Position numbers and translations under genes: made by a program. Source: Candidatus Eiseniibacteriota bacterium (GTDB taxonomy: Bacteria; Eisenbacteria; RBG-16-71-46; JABDJR01). From it: a stretch of DNA of 64,000 nucleotides. Positions within the stretch are counted from its first letter, which is position 1, and each line of letters starts with the position of its first letter. Positions 36,579 to 46,656 of this stretch are shown here, one piece after another. Under the pieces are notes generated by a model. That model did no database searches and was not told the DNA's origin. It saw only the letters and a program-made list of their open reading frames with translations. The DNA is taken from positions 224,001 to 288,000 of the forward strand of contig CAWANH010000028.1 in assembly GCA_963783375.1 (NCBI GenBank), read 5' to 3'.

Positions 36579-36618
36579 GGCGCGCGGCGGACGCCGGATG
36601 AGACCCTCATGGTCGCGC

Positions 36619-37458
36619 CTACCGAGGTGCGACCTCCCGTCCCGCGGCCGCGGCCGGACCGATCGGACAGGTCACGTCGTTGCGGTCGGCGTCCCAGCAG
36701 AGCGGGAAACCTTCGTTCAGTTCATCGGCGGTCAGGCTCCCCGTCCCGTCCTCGGCATTCCAGTCCACCCGCCACGACTTGGCGGTGGAGCTGTCGTAGA
36801 ACTCCAGGGAGTAGGCGGCGCCGTCGACGAGATAGGTCACCGTGGTCGCGTTGTATTTACTTTCCGCGTCCACGATGGTGATGTCCAGAAAGGCGTCGGT
36901 CTCCGAAACCGCGAGCCAGTCCGCGGTGAGGACCGCGGGGTCACCCTCCCGGTTGAAGTCGTGGAAGGTCCAGGCTCCCTGGTGGGTGGTGTCGTTGCTC
37001 CACCCCGAGAACCAGACCTGGGACTCCTTCCCGGGCAGGACCACGTTCATCTGCCAGTTCACCGACTCCCCGTCCCGCTTCCCGGTGAGCCGCAGCTGGT
37101 AGTCCTCGCCGGAGTGGGTGTAGGTGTAGATCCAGGTGTACGACCCGTCGCTCTGCCGGCTGGGCACGGTGTGGAGCGCCAGGGCCAGGGCGGCCTCGGG
37201 GGGAATCATGATCGCGGTGACGGCCAGGTTCACCACGGCCACCCGTCCTGCCGCCATGACGAAATGGGTCGACGCGGCCGGCCTCCGGTCGGCCGGGGAA
37301 CCGGAGATGTTGAAGTAGTCCAGGTTCAGGTGCATCGAGGCGGTGGTGGGAAGGGGCGGCGGATCGCTCTTCTGCTTGTCCCCCCCGCATCCGGCGGCGG
37401 CCAGGAGCGCCGCCCCCACCAGGCCGATCACCAGCAGCTTCGGAATCCGATTCGTCAT
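36619..37458 (-). CDS. Hypothetical beta-rich lipoprotein
   Basis: GAAGGAGG RBS; signal ending LAAAGC; C-terminal CWD...C pair. Confidence 0.75.
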   Translation of the reverse strand: MTNRIPKLLVIGLVGAALLAAAGCGGDKQKSDPPPLPTTASMHLNLDYFNISGSPADRRPAASTHFVMAAGRVAVVNLAVTAIMIPPEAALALALHTVPSRQSDGSYTWIYTYTHSGEDYQLRLTGKRDGESVNWQMNVVLPGKESQVWFSGWSNDTTHQGAWTFHDFNREGDPAVLTADWLAVSETDAFLDITIVDAESKYNATTVTYLVDGAAYSLEFYDSSTAKSWRVDWNAEDGTGSLTADELNEGFPLCWDADRNDVTCPIGPAAAAGREVAPR

Positions 37459-37582
37459 GGGATTTCCTCCTTCTCCCGGGCCGCCCACCGGTTCCGGGGC
37501 CAAGCGGCGCAACCGCCGCCGGTGACCGGCTCCATGAGCTTCCCGGACCTGAACTCGGCCCCGTCGATCGATTGCGGCGCGG

Positions 37583-38605
37583 TCAGCGCCGGTCGAGCTT
37601 CTTCAGCTTCCTCCAGAGGGTGCTGCGGCTGATCCCGAGACGCCGGGCGGCCTCGGATGCGTTTCCGGCCACCCGCTCCAGGGTGCGTTGAATGTAGATC
37701 GCCTCCACCTCTTCCAGGGTCAACCCGTCGGGGACGTGAACCGCCTCCCTGGGGGCCTCGATCCGGGGCCGGGCCGCCTCGCGCATCTGGGGGGGCAGGT
37801 CCTCGGGGCGGATCACGTCGCCCTCGGCCAGGGCCACCGCCCGCTGGAGGGCGTTCTCCAGCTCCCGGACGTTTCCCGGATAATCGTAGCGCACGAGCCG
37901 GACCTGGGCCTCCTCGGAGAACCCGCTCAGGCTCTTGTGCATCTTGGCCGCGTAGCGGTCGAGAAAGTAGCCGGCGAGGAGCGGGATGTCCTCCCGCCGC
38001 TCCCGGAGGGGGGGCACCTCGATCTGGAACACGTTCAGCCGGTAGTAGAGATCCTCGCGGAACCCCCGCTCCTCCATGGCCCGGCGAAGATCCCGGTTGG
38101 TGGCGGAGATGATGCGGACGTCCACCCGGATCGAGCTGTTGGAGCCCACCCGGCGCACCTCCCCGTCCTGGAGCGCCCGGAGCAGCTTCACCTGGCTCGT
38201 CTGCGGCAGTTCGCCGACCTCGTCCAGGAAGAGGCTGCCGCCGTCGGCCTGCTCGAACATGCCCTTCTTGTCGGTGGTGGCGCCGGTGAAGGATCCCCGC
38301 ACGTGACCGAAGAGCTCGGACTCCAGGAGGTTCTCGGGAAGGGCGCCGCAATTGATGGCCAGGAACGGCTCGTGGGCCCGGCGGCTCTGGAAATGGATGG
38401 AGCGGGCCAGGAGTTCCTTTCCCGTCCCCGACTCCCCGGTCAGGAGCACCGCGCTCTCGGTGGGGGCGATCTTGGACACGAAGCGGAAGATCCGCTGCAT
38501 GCGCGGGCTCCGCCCGATGATGTGGACGGCCCCGGCCTCCGGGCCCTCCAGGGGGGCCCGGGTGCCGGCGGCGTCGATGAAGGGAGATCTTGAAGAGGCT
38601 GTCAT
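37583..38605 (-). CDS. Sigma54-dependent transcriptional activator (AAA+ plus Fis HTH, no N-terminal sensory domain)
   Basis: GESGTGKE, ESELFGH, GSFTGA, FLDEVGE, FREDLYYRL, PGNVREL, HTH LGISRSTLWRK. Confidence 0.92.
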   Translation of the reverse strand: MTASSRSPFIDAAGTRAPLEGPEAGAVHIIGRSPRMQRIFRFVSKIAPTESAVLLTGESGTGKELLARSIHFQSRRAHEPFLAINCGALPENLLESELFGHVRGSFTGATTDKKGMFEQADGGSLFLDEVGELPQTSQVKLLRALQDGEVRRVGSNSSIRVDVRIISATNRDLRRAMEERGFREDLYYRLNVFQIEVPPLRERREDIPLLAGYFLDRYAAKMHKSLSGFSEEAQVRLVRYDYPGNVRELENALQRAVALAEGDVIRPEDLPPQMREAARPRIEAPREAVHVPDGLTLEEVEAIYIQRTLERVAGNASEAARRLGISRSTLWRKLKKLDRR

Positions 38606-38884
38606 GATTGATGTCGACGTTCCAGGAGAGGCCAGGCAAGAGAACCCCGGCCCGATCCCGAGCGGCGGGCCGGTTCCGGTATGCGGTTGGGGCCGGCTCC
38701 CCGGCAAGCTCCGATCATGACTGTACCGGTCGGGGGCGGGGATGGGGTAGGGCGTTTCCCGGAACCGCCGTCGGAGGCTCGGGGGGGCGATCGGCGGGCC
38801 CGGGGCGAGGGGGGCGACCCGGGGCCGGCAACCGCCCCGGCTACCCGTTGCTCTCCACGTCAGGAAACCGGCCGGTCGCGGGAC

Positions 38885-39289
38885 TCAGTAGCCCGCGCGC
38901 TGGGTGCGGCGGGCGGCCTTGCGGCCCACCCTCTGGTGCAGGGTCTGTCTGGCCTCGAGGCTGGCCGACGGGCTCGACGCGGGGTAGAACTCGTAGTGAC
39001 GCGTGTAGAACCAGAACGTCACGTCGCATGAGTAGTGGGCGGCGATGGTCGAGGTCCCGGTCTCGGGAACCATGACCACCAGCTGCCGGTCCGTGAGGGG
39101 GATGTGCTTCTCTTCAACGAACGCCATGGTGTCCCGGCGAAGCTCGCGCTCCCCCTTGAGACCCTGGTCATGGATCAGATCCTGCATCTTCCCCTCGAGC
39201 ATGGTGTTCTTGATGTAGGGAGAGGTGAACTTGTAGCCGAGGTGAATGGCGGCCAGGACAAGGAGAAATCCCAGAAGTCCTCGTATCAT
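38885..39289 (-). CDS. Small N-terminally anchored membrane protein (DUF4845/pilin-like)
   Basis: Single N-terminal TM followed by PYIKN, a helical segment and a beta hairpin; GAGGG RBS. Confidence 0.55.
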   Translation of the reverse strand: MIRGLLGFLLVLAAIHLGYKFTSPYIKNTMLEGKMQDLIHDQGLKGERELRRDTMAFVEEKHIPLTDRQLVVMVPETGTSTIAAHYSCDVTFWFYTRHYEFYPASSPSASLEARQTLHQRVGRKAARRTQRAGY

Positions 39290-39358
39290 GATGACGCCCT
39301 CGCGGGAACGGGTTCGGCGCGGGAGCGGTTCGATGGGCGCGCCCGCGTTTCCGAACGG

Positions 39359-40801
39359 TTATCGGCCGCCTTCGCCGGAAGTTGAGGCGGCTTCGGCGGC
39401 GAGGACCGCGGCCGGGGGAGGACCCCCGTCCCCCCCGGACGAGGGGGTCCGCCAGGTTCCCCGCGCCCACCACCAGCGCAGCGCCGCTCCGCGCACGGCC
39501 GCGGTGGCGCTCACCGTCCACCAGATTCCCGGCGGTCCCCACCCCGCGGGCCCGGAGAGGAACCAGGCCAGGGGCATCCGGATGAGCGAGATCGGGACCG
39601 AGACCAGCATGGGGGGAAGGGTGTGGCCCGAACCCGCGAAGCCGCCGCTCAGGACCAGCTCCCAGGATTGGAAGACCTGGCAGACCGCGACCGCCCGCAG
39701 GAACTCCACCCCCTCGCTCACCGCGCCGGGATCCGCGGTGAAGAGCCGGATGAGGGGCGCGGGGAACACCAGGAACACCCCCATGAACACCGCCCCCACC
39801 AGCGAACCAAGGAGCGTGGCGCGGGAGGCGAGGCGCGACGCCCGGTCCACCCGGCCCGCGCCCAGATTCTGCCCCACCAACGTGGCGGTGGCGGTCCCGA
39901 TGGCGTGGATGGTGAGAAAGGAGAGGGCCTCCACCCGGTTCACGATCCCCAGCGCGGCCAGGGTGGCGGTCCCGAACCCGGCGGCCACCCGGCCCAGGAA
40001 AAGGTAGACTGCCGAGAAGAGAATGCCGGTGAAGGTGATGGGAAAGCCGATGCCGGTGATCCGCCGCGCCGCGAGCAGCCTGGGGCGGAACCCGCGACGG
40101 CCCTCGCCGAGGGGAAGATCGATGCGGCCCCGCCGGGCGAGGAGCACGTACACCCCGAGACCCACCGCGTGCGCGAAGGCGCTGGCCGCGGCCGCTCCCC
40201 CCACGCCCCAGTGCGGAAACGGTCCCACCCCGAAGATGAGGAGCGGGTCAAGACCCGCATTCAAGACCAGGATCCCCGCCAGCACCCTGAACGGCGTCCC
40301 GGTGTCCCCCACCCCGCGAAAGAGATCCTGGAAGATGAGCTCCAGGATGAGCACCGGGGCGGAGGCAAAGAGAATCCGGAGGTAGACTGCACCCTGCCGG
40401 CGCACCTCCGGGTCCTCGGTCACCGCGCGGAACAGCGCCCCGGAGCCGAACTGCCCCGCCGCGACCAGGAGCACGGCCAGGACCGACCCCCAGAAGAAGC
40501 CCTGCCAGGCGATCTCCGCGGCGGCGGCGCGGCGCCCCGCGCCCACGTGGCGGGCGGCCAGGGACAACACCCCCACCGAGATCATCTCGCCCAGGGAGAG
40601 GAGCGTCCACGACACGAAGACCGAGGTACTCACCGAGGCCACCGCCCCCGCGCCGAGCCGGCCCACCCAGAAGAGGTCGGTGAGGACGAAGAGGCTCTGG
40701 AGCCCCATGCTCGCCACCACCGGCCAGGCCAGGCCGAGCACCAGCCGGGCAAGCCGCGGATCGTGGAGAATCGGGTTGGTCGCGTTCCGGTTGCCGCTCA
40801 C
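39359..40801 (-). CDS. MATE family efflux transporter
   Basis: LAWP, DLFWVGRLG, RGVGDTGTP, NAGLDPLLIFG, VGQNLGAG; GTG overlaps the prmA stop. Confidence 0.92.
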   Translation of the reverse strand: MSGNRNATNPILHDPRLARLVLGLAWPVVASMGLQSLFVLTDLFWVGRLGAGAVASVSTSVFVSWTLLSLGEMISVGVLSLAARHVGAGRRAAAAEIAWQGFFWGSVLAVLLVAAGQFGSGALFRAVTEDPEVRRQGAVYLRILFASAPVLILELIFQDLFRGVGDTGTPFRVLAGILVLNAGLDPLLIFGVGPFPHWGVGGAAAASAFAHAVGLGVYVLLARRGRIDLPLGEGRRGFRPRLLAARRITGIGFPITFTGILFSAVYLFLGRVAAGFGTATLAALGIVNRVEALSFLTIHAIGTATATLVGQNLGAGRVDRASRLASRATLLGSLVGAVFMGVFLVFPAPLIRLFTADPGAVSEGVEFLRAVAVCQVFQSWELVLSGGFAGSGHTLPPMLVSVPISLIRMPLAWFLSGPAGWGPPGIWWTVSATAAVRGAALRWWWARGTWRTPSSGGDGGPPPAAVLAAEAASTSGEGGR

Positions 40802-41676
40802 CGGCGCCAGGTGAACGCGGTCCACCCCTCCCGCGACACCCGTCCTTCAGCCGCGAATCCCCGCCCTCGCCAGCGGGCTTCCGCCGCAGGGGCCTGCTCG
40901 TCCCGAAAGCCGGAGAGGATCACCCGGGAGCCCGGGGCGACGATCCGGGCCAGCTCTGTCTCGACCGTCTCGTGCTCCGCCGCGGTGAGGTTGGCCGCGG
41001 CGAGGTCGAAGCTTCCGTCCGGAAAGGGCAGGGTGCGGGTGAGGACGGCCCGGCAGCGCGCCCCCGAAGGGTTCCGGGCCAGGTTGGTGCGGAGCGAGGC
41101 CACGGCGTCCGGGTCGGCTTCGGTCAGGGTCGCCCGGAGTTCCCCGACCAGGGCCGTCGCCCCCAGGGAGAGGATCCCGCTCCCCGCTCCCACGTCCACC
41201 AAGCGCCGTGGGGGGGGGCTGGCCAGGCACGGCTCGAGGAGTTCCCAGGCCAGGGCGGTGGAAACGTGAGTGCCGGTCCCGAAGGCCCGGCCGGGGTCGA
41301 TCCGGACCGGGGTCCGTTCCCCGGGAAGCGGGTCTTCCCACCAGGCGGGAACCGCGACCAACCGCTCTCCCAGGGGAGTAGGGCGCCACCCCGCCTTCCA
41401 GGTGCTGAGCCAGTCTTCCTCCACCACGGTGAAGGTTCGTATCCGGACCCCGCCGGCGTCGGCTCCGGGAACCCGGCGGACCCAGTCCTGAACCTCGGCG
41501 GCGAGACGGGTCTCGTCCCAGGGCTCGGCGGAGAACGCGGTCATCCGGCCGGGGACGGCAGGATCCTCCTCGAGGCCGGTCAGGGGATAAGCCCAGAGGA
41601 GGGCCGCCACCACCTCGGCCGCCGGTTCGGGGACGGTCACCTCCAGGGCGTGCCAGACGCGCGGGGGAACGCTCAT
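40798..41676 (-). CDS. prmA: 50S ribosomal protein L11 methyltransferase
   Basis: EEDWLSTWK, IDPGRAFGTGTH, VDVGAGSGIL, AANL, ILSG. Confidence 0.9.
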   Translation of the reverse strand: MSVPPRVWHALEVTVPEPAAEVVAALLWAYPLTGLEEDPAVPGRMTAFSAEPWDETRLAAEVQDWVRRVPGADAGGVRIRTFTVVEEDWLSTWKAGWRPTPLGERLVAVPAWWEDPLPGERTPVRIDPGRAFGTGTHVSTALAWELLEPCLASPPPRRLVDVGAGSGILSLGATALVGELRATLTEADPDAVASLRTNLARNPSGARCRAVLTRTLPFPDGSFDLAAANLTAAEHETVETELARIVAPGSRVILSGFRDEQAPAAEARWRGRGFAAEGRVSREGWTAFTWRR

Positions 41677-41695
41677 CCCGCGTCCTTCCGAACGG

Positions 41696-43735
41696 TCACG
41701 GCCCGCCTTCCGAGCCCTCGGCGGACGGCGTCCAGAGAAACACGCTGAACAGATCGTTCTGGAAGACCCGGCGCGAGTCGGGGGGCGGGGGCCGGTTCGC
41801 CGTCGCCGGGAGCCGGCGGATCACGTAGACCGGGGCCTCGAGGCCGGTGAGCACGGCGGCCTGGCGGGGAAGAAGCGGCGTCCCCCGCAGGAGGTTCAGC
41901 GCGGTCAAGCGGCGGAGCACCACCAGGTCCGTGGCGTAGTTCAGGGCGCGGACGTGGGTCTCGCCGGCGAAGAGCAGCGCGCGCCCCGCTCCCAGCGCCA
42001 GGCCGGGGTCGCTGTCCACCACCACCGCGTTCATCGGGGTCTTCTCCCGGAGCCACGTCTCCACTTCCTCGGCCTCGGGGCGCCGGTCGGTGGGGTCGGG
42101 GGCGCGGAGATAGGCCGCGAGCCCCAGCGCGGTGCGCGGAACCAGAAACAGAAAAACCATGAGCACGGTGATGAACCGGCCCGCGGAACCGGACCGATGC
42201 CACAGGGTGGGGACGCCCGCCCCCGCGGCCAGGGCCAGGGGGACATGGGCGAGAACCAGGGGCGCCAGGACCGGATTGGGCCCGGGGAAATCCACCACCA
42301 ACGCCACCACGAACAGAAGAACGGCCCAGACCGTGAAGGCCTGGCGGCGCACCTCGGGGGCGCCCAGAAACGCGGTGAGGACGCCGGCGGAGAGGACGAG
42401 ATCGGGAAGGAGAACGGCGGCGAAGAGCACGGTCTTCCCGAGCGAGACGTCCAGGAATCGGGTGGGATCGAAGGGAGCGCCCCGAAGCATGAAGGCCAGG
42501 TAGGGCGCGCACACCAGGAGCGCCAGGGCCATGGGGAGAAGGGTTCCCGTGAGTTCCCAGCCGGGGCCTCGGAAGGGGTTGAGCCGCGCGGCCACCCACA
42601 CCACCGGGATCGATACGACGGTCACCGCGATCGCCATCATGCCCACGCCGCCCTGGAAGAGCAGCATCCCCACCGTGGCCAGGAAGAGGAGGATGTTCGC
42701 CCGCATCCGCTGGTCCCCGAGGGTGGCCACCCCCGCGATCATGAACAGGGACAGATAGACCAGGGCCATCATGAAGGGACCCGCGGTCACGAACTGATCG
42801 AGGAAGAAGGAGGCGGGGGGGGGAAACCGGGCGGGGAGCGCCGCGGCGGGAGAGGCGAGACCCAGCTCACCGAGGAGCCGCGGCCAGACCGGGCCGGCAT
42901 GAATCAGGGCCTCGGAGGGAAGCACCAGCCAGAACGCTCCGTTCAGGGAGAAGAAGAGGAAGGCCGCACCCCATACCGAGCGGCCGTGGGTGAGGGCGAG
43001 CAGGTTCAGGAGCCGGTAGCCGGCGAAGATCAGGACGAAGGCGCCGACGAGGCTCCCTCCGGCGAGGACGGCCTCCCCCGGCATCCGGGTGGCGCCCTCC
43101 AGAACCGCGAGGTAGGCGTGAAAGGCCCAGAAGGTGCGGAGCGGCACCCCGGCCAGGAAGGGGTCCCGGGGGGGAAACCCGTGGAGAAGGATGTCGTTCA
43201 CCACCCCCAGGTGGAGGGGGGCGTCCCCGGAGGAACGGGTCCAGTCCCGGGCCAGCAGCGGCACCGCGATCAGGACCAGGACCAACGTGGCCAGCGCGAT
43301 CACCTGCTGACGATCGCTTCGCCGGCGAAAGAAACCGGGGGTGTCCACGGTGAGCGCGTAGTCCTCGATCTCGCGCTGGGGCTGGGGGGCGAGAGCCACC
43401 GCCAGAACCGAAAGGAATACGATCCAGGTGGGGGTGTTCTCCACCGGCATCCCGCTCAGGGTGAGGAGCATTCCCGCTCCCACCGCCAGCACCGGCGAGA
43501 GAATGAGTGGGAGGATGCACGAGGCCCAGAGCCCGAACCGGTTCTCCACCCAGAGCGCGGCCCCCAACCCGGGGAGATAGGCCACCCCGACCATCCCGAA
43601 GAACGCGGTGAGTACGGGAGGCGTGGACGCACCCCGGGTCAGCGCGAAGAGGACGCCCAGCGAGATGGCCAAGCCCGGAAGCAGGGCGCGGCCGAAGGGG
43701 GATCCGGAGGGAAAGGCGAGCTGGGTCGAGGTCAC
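41696..43735 (-). CDS. Large polytopic membrane protein, GT-C-like
   Basis: Many TM helices; SGDAPLHL...PPRDPFLAG loop; C-terminal periplasmic domain WLREKTPMNAVV...VFQN. Start uncertain (43735 or 43765). Confidence 0.6.
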   Translation of the reverse strand: MTSTQLAFPSGSPFGRALLPGLAISLGVLFALTRGASTPPVLTAFFGMVGVAYLPGLGAALWVENRFGLWASCILPLILSPVLAVGAGMLLTLSGMPVENTPTWIVFLSVLAVALAPQPQREIEDYALTVDTPGFFRRRSDRQQVIALATLVLVLIAVPLLARDWTRSSGDAPLHLGVVNDILLHGFPPRDPFLAGVPLRTFWAFHAYLAVLEGATRMPGEAVLAGGSLVGAFVLIFAGYRLLNLLALTHGRSVWGAAFLFFSLNGAFWLVLPSEALIHAGPVWPRLLGELGLASPAAALPARFPPPASFFLDQFVTAGPFMMALVYLSLFMIAGVATLGDQRMRANILLFLATVGMLLFQGGVGMMAIAVTVVSIPVVWVAARLNPFRGPGWELTGTLLPMALALLVCAPYLAFMLRGAPFDPTRFLDVSLGKTVLFAAVLLPDLVLSAGVLTAFLGAPEVRRQAFTVWAVLLFVVALVVDFPGPNPVLAPLVLAHVPLALAAGAGVPTLWHRSGSAGRFITVLMVFLFLVPRTALGLAAYLRAPDPTDRRPEAEEVETWLREKTPMNAVVVDSDPGLALGAGRALLFAGETHVRALNYATDLVVLRRLTALNLLRGTPLLPRQAAVLTGLEAPVYVIRRLPATANRPPPPDSRRVFQNDLFSVFLWTPSAEGSEGGP

Positions 43736-43933
43736 CGGGCCCCCTTTCCGCCCCCTGCACCGCATCCACCCCTGACCGGACCTCCGCTCCCCTGATACGA
43801 TGCGCTCACCCGTCGCGGGTTCGGATGGTGGCGGCGGGCTCTGACTCGGCTCCGAGGGCCGGCGCGCCTACCCGGCGCGCCCGCCGTTCCCCGGAGCGCG
43901 ACCGGATCCGGACGGAAGGGGTGGACGGCCGGC

Positions 43934-46543
43934 TTGAACTCACAGCGCATTTCCTGGTTCTGGCCTCTCTCTTTCCTGGCCGCCCTCGGCCAGTGCCTCC
44001 TGCTCCTTACCCATAACACCTCGGGCCCGGCCGCCGCGCGATTCGTGCTGGCGGTGTGGACGTTCTGGATTCCGGGGGTATGGCTGGGGAATCTTCTCAC
44101 AAAGCCGCATACCGGTCTCCCCGCTCGCCTGCCCCTTCAGGCGTCCTGCGCCATGGCCCTGGCTTACGTCCTTCTCATCCTGCGCTCCTCCGGGGTGCTG
44201 GCCACCCAGTGGGTTCCGATCCTGGTGGCGGGCGTCGCGTTCCTGATCGGCCTCGTGTTCCTCCTGCTCCCGGGAAACCGGGGAGGGCTCCGGCGCGCCC
44301 CCCGCTGGGAAGCGCGCGAGGTGCGCCGGGCGGATCCCCAGTGGATGACCCTCTTCGTGGCGGTCCTGATCGGGACCGCCCTCCTCGGACTGTGGGCGGG
44401 ATCGCCCCTGTCCTTGCGCCCGGACGGCGTGGACCAGGTGGGGGCGGCGCGCCTGGCCGGGCGGATCGCCTACGGGTTCCTCCCCCCCGCCTACCACGAT
44501 CACCTGGGGATGGCGGTGAGCGACCCCCACCGGAGCCTCGCCCATGCCCTGATCGACCTCCTGGCCCGGCTCTCCAACCTTCCTCACGACCGGATCTGGG
44601 ACCTGCTCCCCATGGTGGCGGCCCCGGTCCTGCTCCTGGCCGTCTACACCCTGGGGCGGGTCATCTTCCGGAACGAGAACCTCGCCGTGGCCTCGGCCCT
44701 GGTCTACCTGGCGCTGGCCACCGCGGGGTTGGGCGGCGACGCGCTTCGCCTCACCCCCTATCCCGACCGCCTGGCCCAGATCCCCTATTGGGTGGGAGTA
44801 AGCCTGTTCCTCGACGGCCTGGACCGCCCCCATCCGCGGGCGGGAATCGCCCTGGGATTCGTGGCCCTGGCGGTGGCCGGAACCCACCTCGGCATGGGTT
44901 TCGTTCTCCTGGTGGTGATGGTGGCGGTGGGCACCCACACCTGGGGTTCGGTGGACCGGTTCCTGGAGGGATTGCCGCTCCTATTGGTGCTGTGGATCCC
45001 CGCCCTGGTGCTGACCGGATTCTACCTGGCCTTGCGCGCGGCCGCCCTGGGGTCGCTGGTTCCGTTCGAGGTTCCCGCCCAGGGGCTGTTGATCCTGGGG
45101 CCCGGGCGCTGGATCCTCGATCCCGCCGCGCACCGCGGCGCGGTGGAAGCGGCGGCGATCCTGGCCGGCGCGGGCGCGGTGGTCCTCCTGCGCTTCGCCT
45201 GGCAGAAGGTGAGCACCTACTACCTGGTCGCCCTCACCGCGGCCACCCTTCTCCTGGGCTACAACCCCTGGGTCACGCCCTGGTTGGAGCGACACCTGGG
45301 GGCCATGGTTCATCTTGTTCCCTGGCTGCTCCCGCTCCCCTTCCTCCTGGTCGCCGAAGGTGAGTGGGCGGCCCGCGGCCTGGCCCGATCGGAAGGGCTT
45401 ACCTGGATCCGGTTCCTTCTCCTGGGAGCGATGGGGGTGGTCGCGGTGTGGCTGACCGTGGACGGCCTTGGACACTTCGCGTATCTCCCCTCGCGGGTGG
45501 CCGCCGAGCGCGCCGCGGCCCCCGAGAGCTACCGCCCCCTGGCCCGGGCGCTGGCGGAGGCGGTCCCCGAGCGGCCGGTCGTCCTCACCGACCCGGTGGC
45601 CGCGGCGGCGTTGGCCGCCTACGCCCCGGTTCGCTCGGCCTACGTCCCCGGGCAGCCCGATTCCCCCCGGGGCGACGCGCTCCGCCGCACCCTGGCCGGG
45701 CGGGAAGCCCTCATGGAGCGGCCGAACGGGTCGGAAGACCGGGCGGTCGAGGATTCCTCCTTCGTCGGCCCGTCGGTCGGGCCGGGAGCCGATCACCGGC
45801 GCGCTCTGCTCCGGTTTCTGCGCGCCTATCCGGCCGAGGTGGTGGTCGCTCCGCGAAGCCCGGCGCCCGACCGATTCGCCGACGGCTGGCGCCTCAGCCC
45901 GGGCGACGGGCCCGCCTGGGATCGATGGCTCCAGGCCGACTCCACCCGCTACCACCGGGTGCCCCTCGAATCCCTGGGGGCGGCGTTCCTGGTGGCCTCC
46001 CCGCCCCCCGGCCCCGGCCCCGAGACCTGGCTGGGCGACTCCCCGGGACCGCTCCGTCCACCCGCCTCGACACGTTTCCCGGGCCCCGGCCTGCGCTCGG
46101 TGATCCCGGACACCGAGGCGGTGGCGGCGGGGGAAACGTTGCTGGTCATCACGCGGTGGACCAGACCGGCCGGGACCGCGCGCCCCGACCCCCGCGGATA
46201 CCGGCTGCGTCTTGAAATTCACGCGGTCCCCCCGGGGCCGCCTTCATTCCGTTCGTGGCTGCGTACCCGCTGGAGCGCGACCGCCGACCTGCTCTCCGGC
46301 CGGCGCCACGGCACCGGAGTGGAGGACCTGCTCGCGGGTGGACGCCCCACCGCCTGGTGGCCGGGGGAAATCACCCAGGAGACCGCTTTCGCGATCCCGC
46401 GCTGGCTGGTTCCGGGCACCTACGAGCTTCGGGCGGCCGCGCTTCCCGGTCCGGTGAGCCACGACCGGGTCCGCCGGGGAGTCACCTTCCTCCCCCCCCA
46501 CGGTCAGCCGGTTCTGGTTCGCCTGCTTCCTCCCGGTAGCTGA
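43934..46543 (+). CDS. Large polytopic membrane protein, GT-C-like, with extended C-terminal periplasmic domains
   Basis: Many TM helices, RPDGVDQV loop, VVLTDP motif, C-terminal beta domain (PGTYEL); TTG start. Confidence 0.6.
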   Translation: MNSQRISWFWPLSFLAALGQCLLLLTHNTSGPAAARFVLAVWTFWIPGVWLGNLLTKPHTGLPARLPLQASCAMALAYVLLILRSSGVLATQWVPILVAGVAFLIGLVFLLLPGNRGGLRRAPRWEAREVRRADPQWMTLFVAVLIGTALLGLWAGSPLSLRPDGVDQVGAARLAGRIAYGFLPPAYHDHLGMAVSDPHRSLAHALIDLLARLSNLPHDRIWDLLPMVAAPVLLLAVYTLGRVIFRNENLAVASALVYLALATAGLGGDALRLTPYPDRLAQIPYWVGVSLFLDGLDRPHPRAGIALGFVALAVAGTHLGMGFVLLVVMVAVGTHTWGSVDRFLEGLPLLLVLWIPALVLTGFYLALRAAALGSLVPFEVPAQGLLILGPGRWILDPAAHRGAVEAAAILAGAGAVVLLRFAWQKVSTYYLVALTAATLLLGYNPWVTPWLERHLGAMVHLVPWLLPLPFLLVAEGEWAARGLARSEGLTWIRFLLLGAMGVVAVWLTVDGLGHFAYLPSRVAAERAAAPESYRPLARALAEAVPERPVVLTDPVAAAALAAYAPVRSAYVPGQPDSPRGDALRRTLAGREALMERPNGSEDRAVEDSSFVGPSVGPGADHRRALLRFLRAYPAEVVVAPRSPAPDRFADGWRLSPGDGPAWDRWLQADSTRYHRVPLESLGAAFLVASPPPGPGPETWLGDSPGPLRPPASTRFPGPGLRSVIPDTEAVAAGETLLVITRWTRPAGTARPDPRGYRLRLEIHAVPPGPPSFRSWLRTRWSATADLLSGRRHGTGVEDLLAGGRPTAWWPGEITQETAFAIPRWLVPGTYELRAAALPGPVSHDRVRRGVTFLPPHGQPVLVRLLPPGS

Positions 46544-46656
46544 CCGCCGTCCGCCGGGAGAGGTCCACGTGGTATCATTGTTGTTCGGCAAATCAATGGT
46601 CGTGTCTTCCCCCATGGCATTCGCACCCGGCACTTCGCACCCGAGGGGATCATCCC

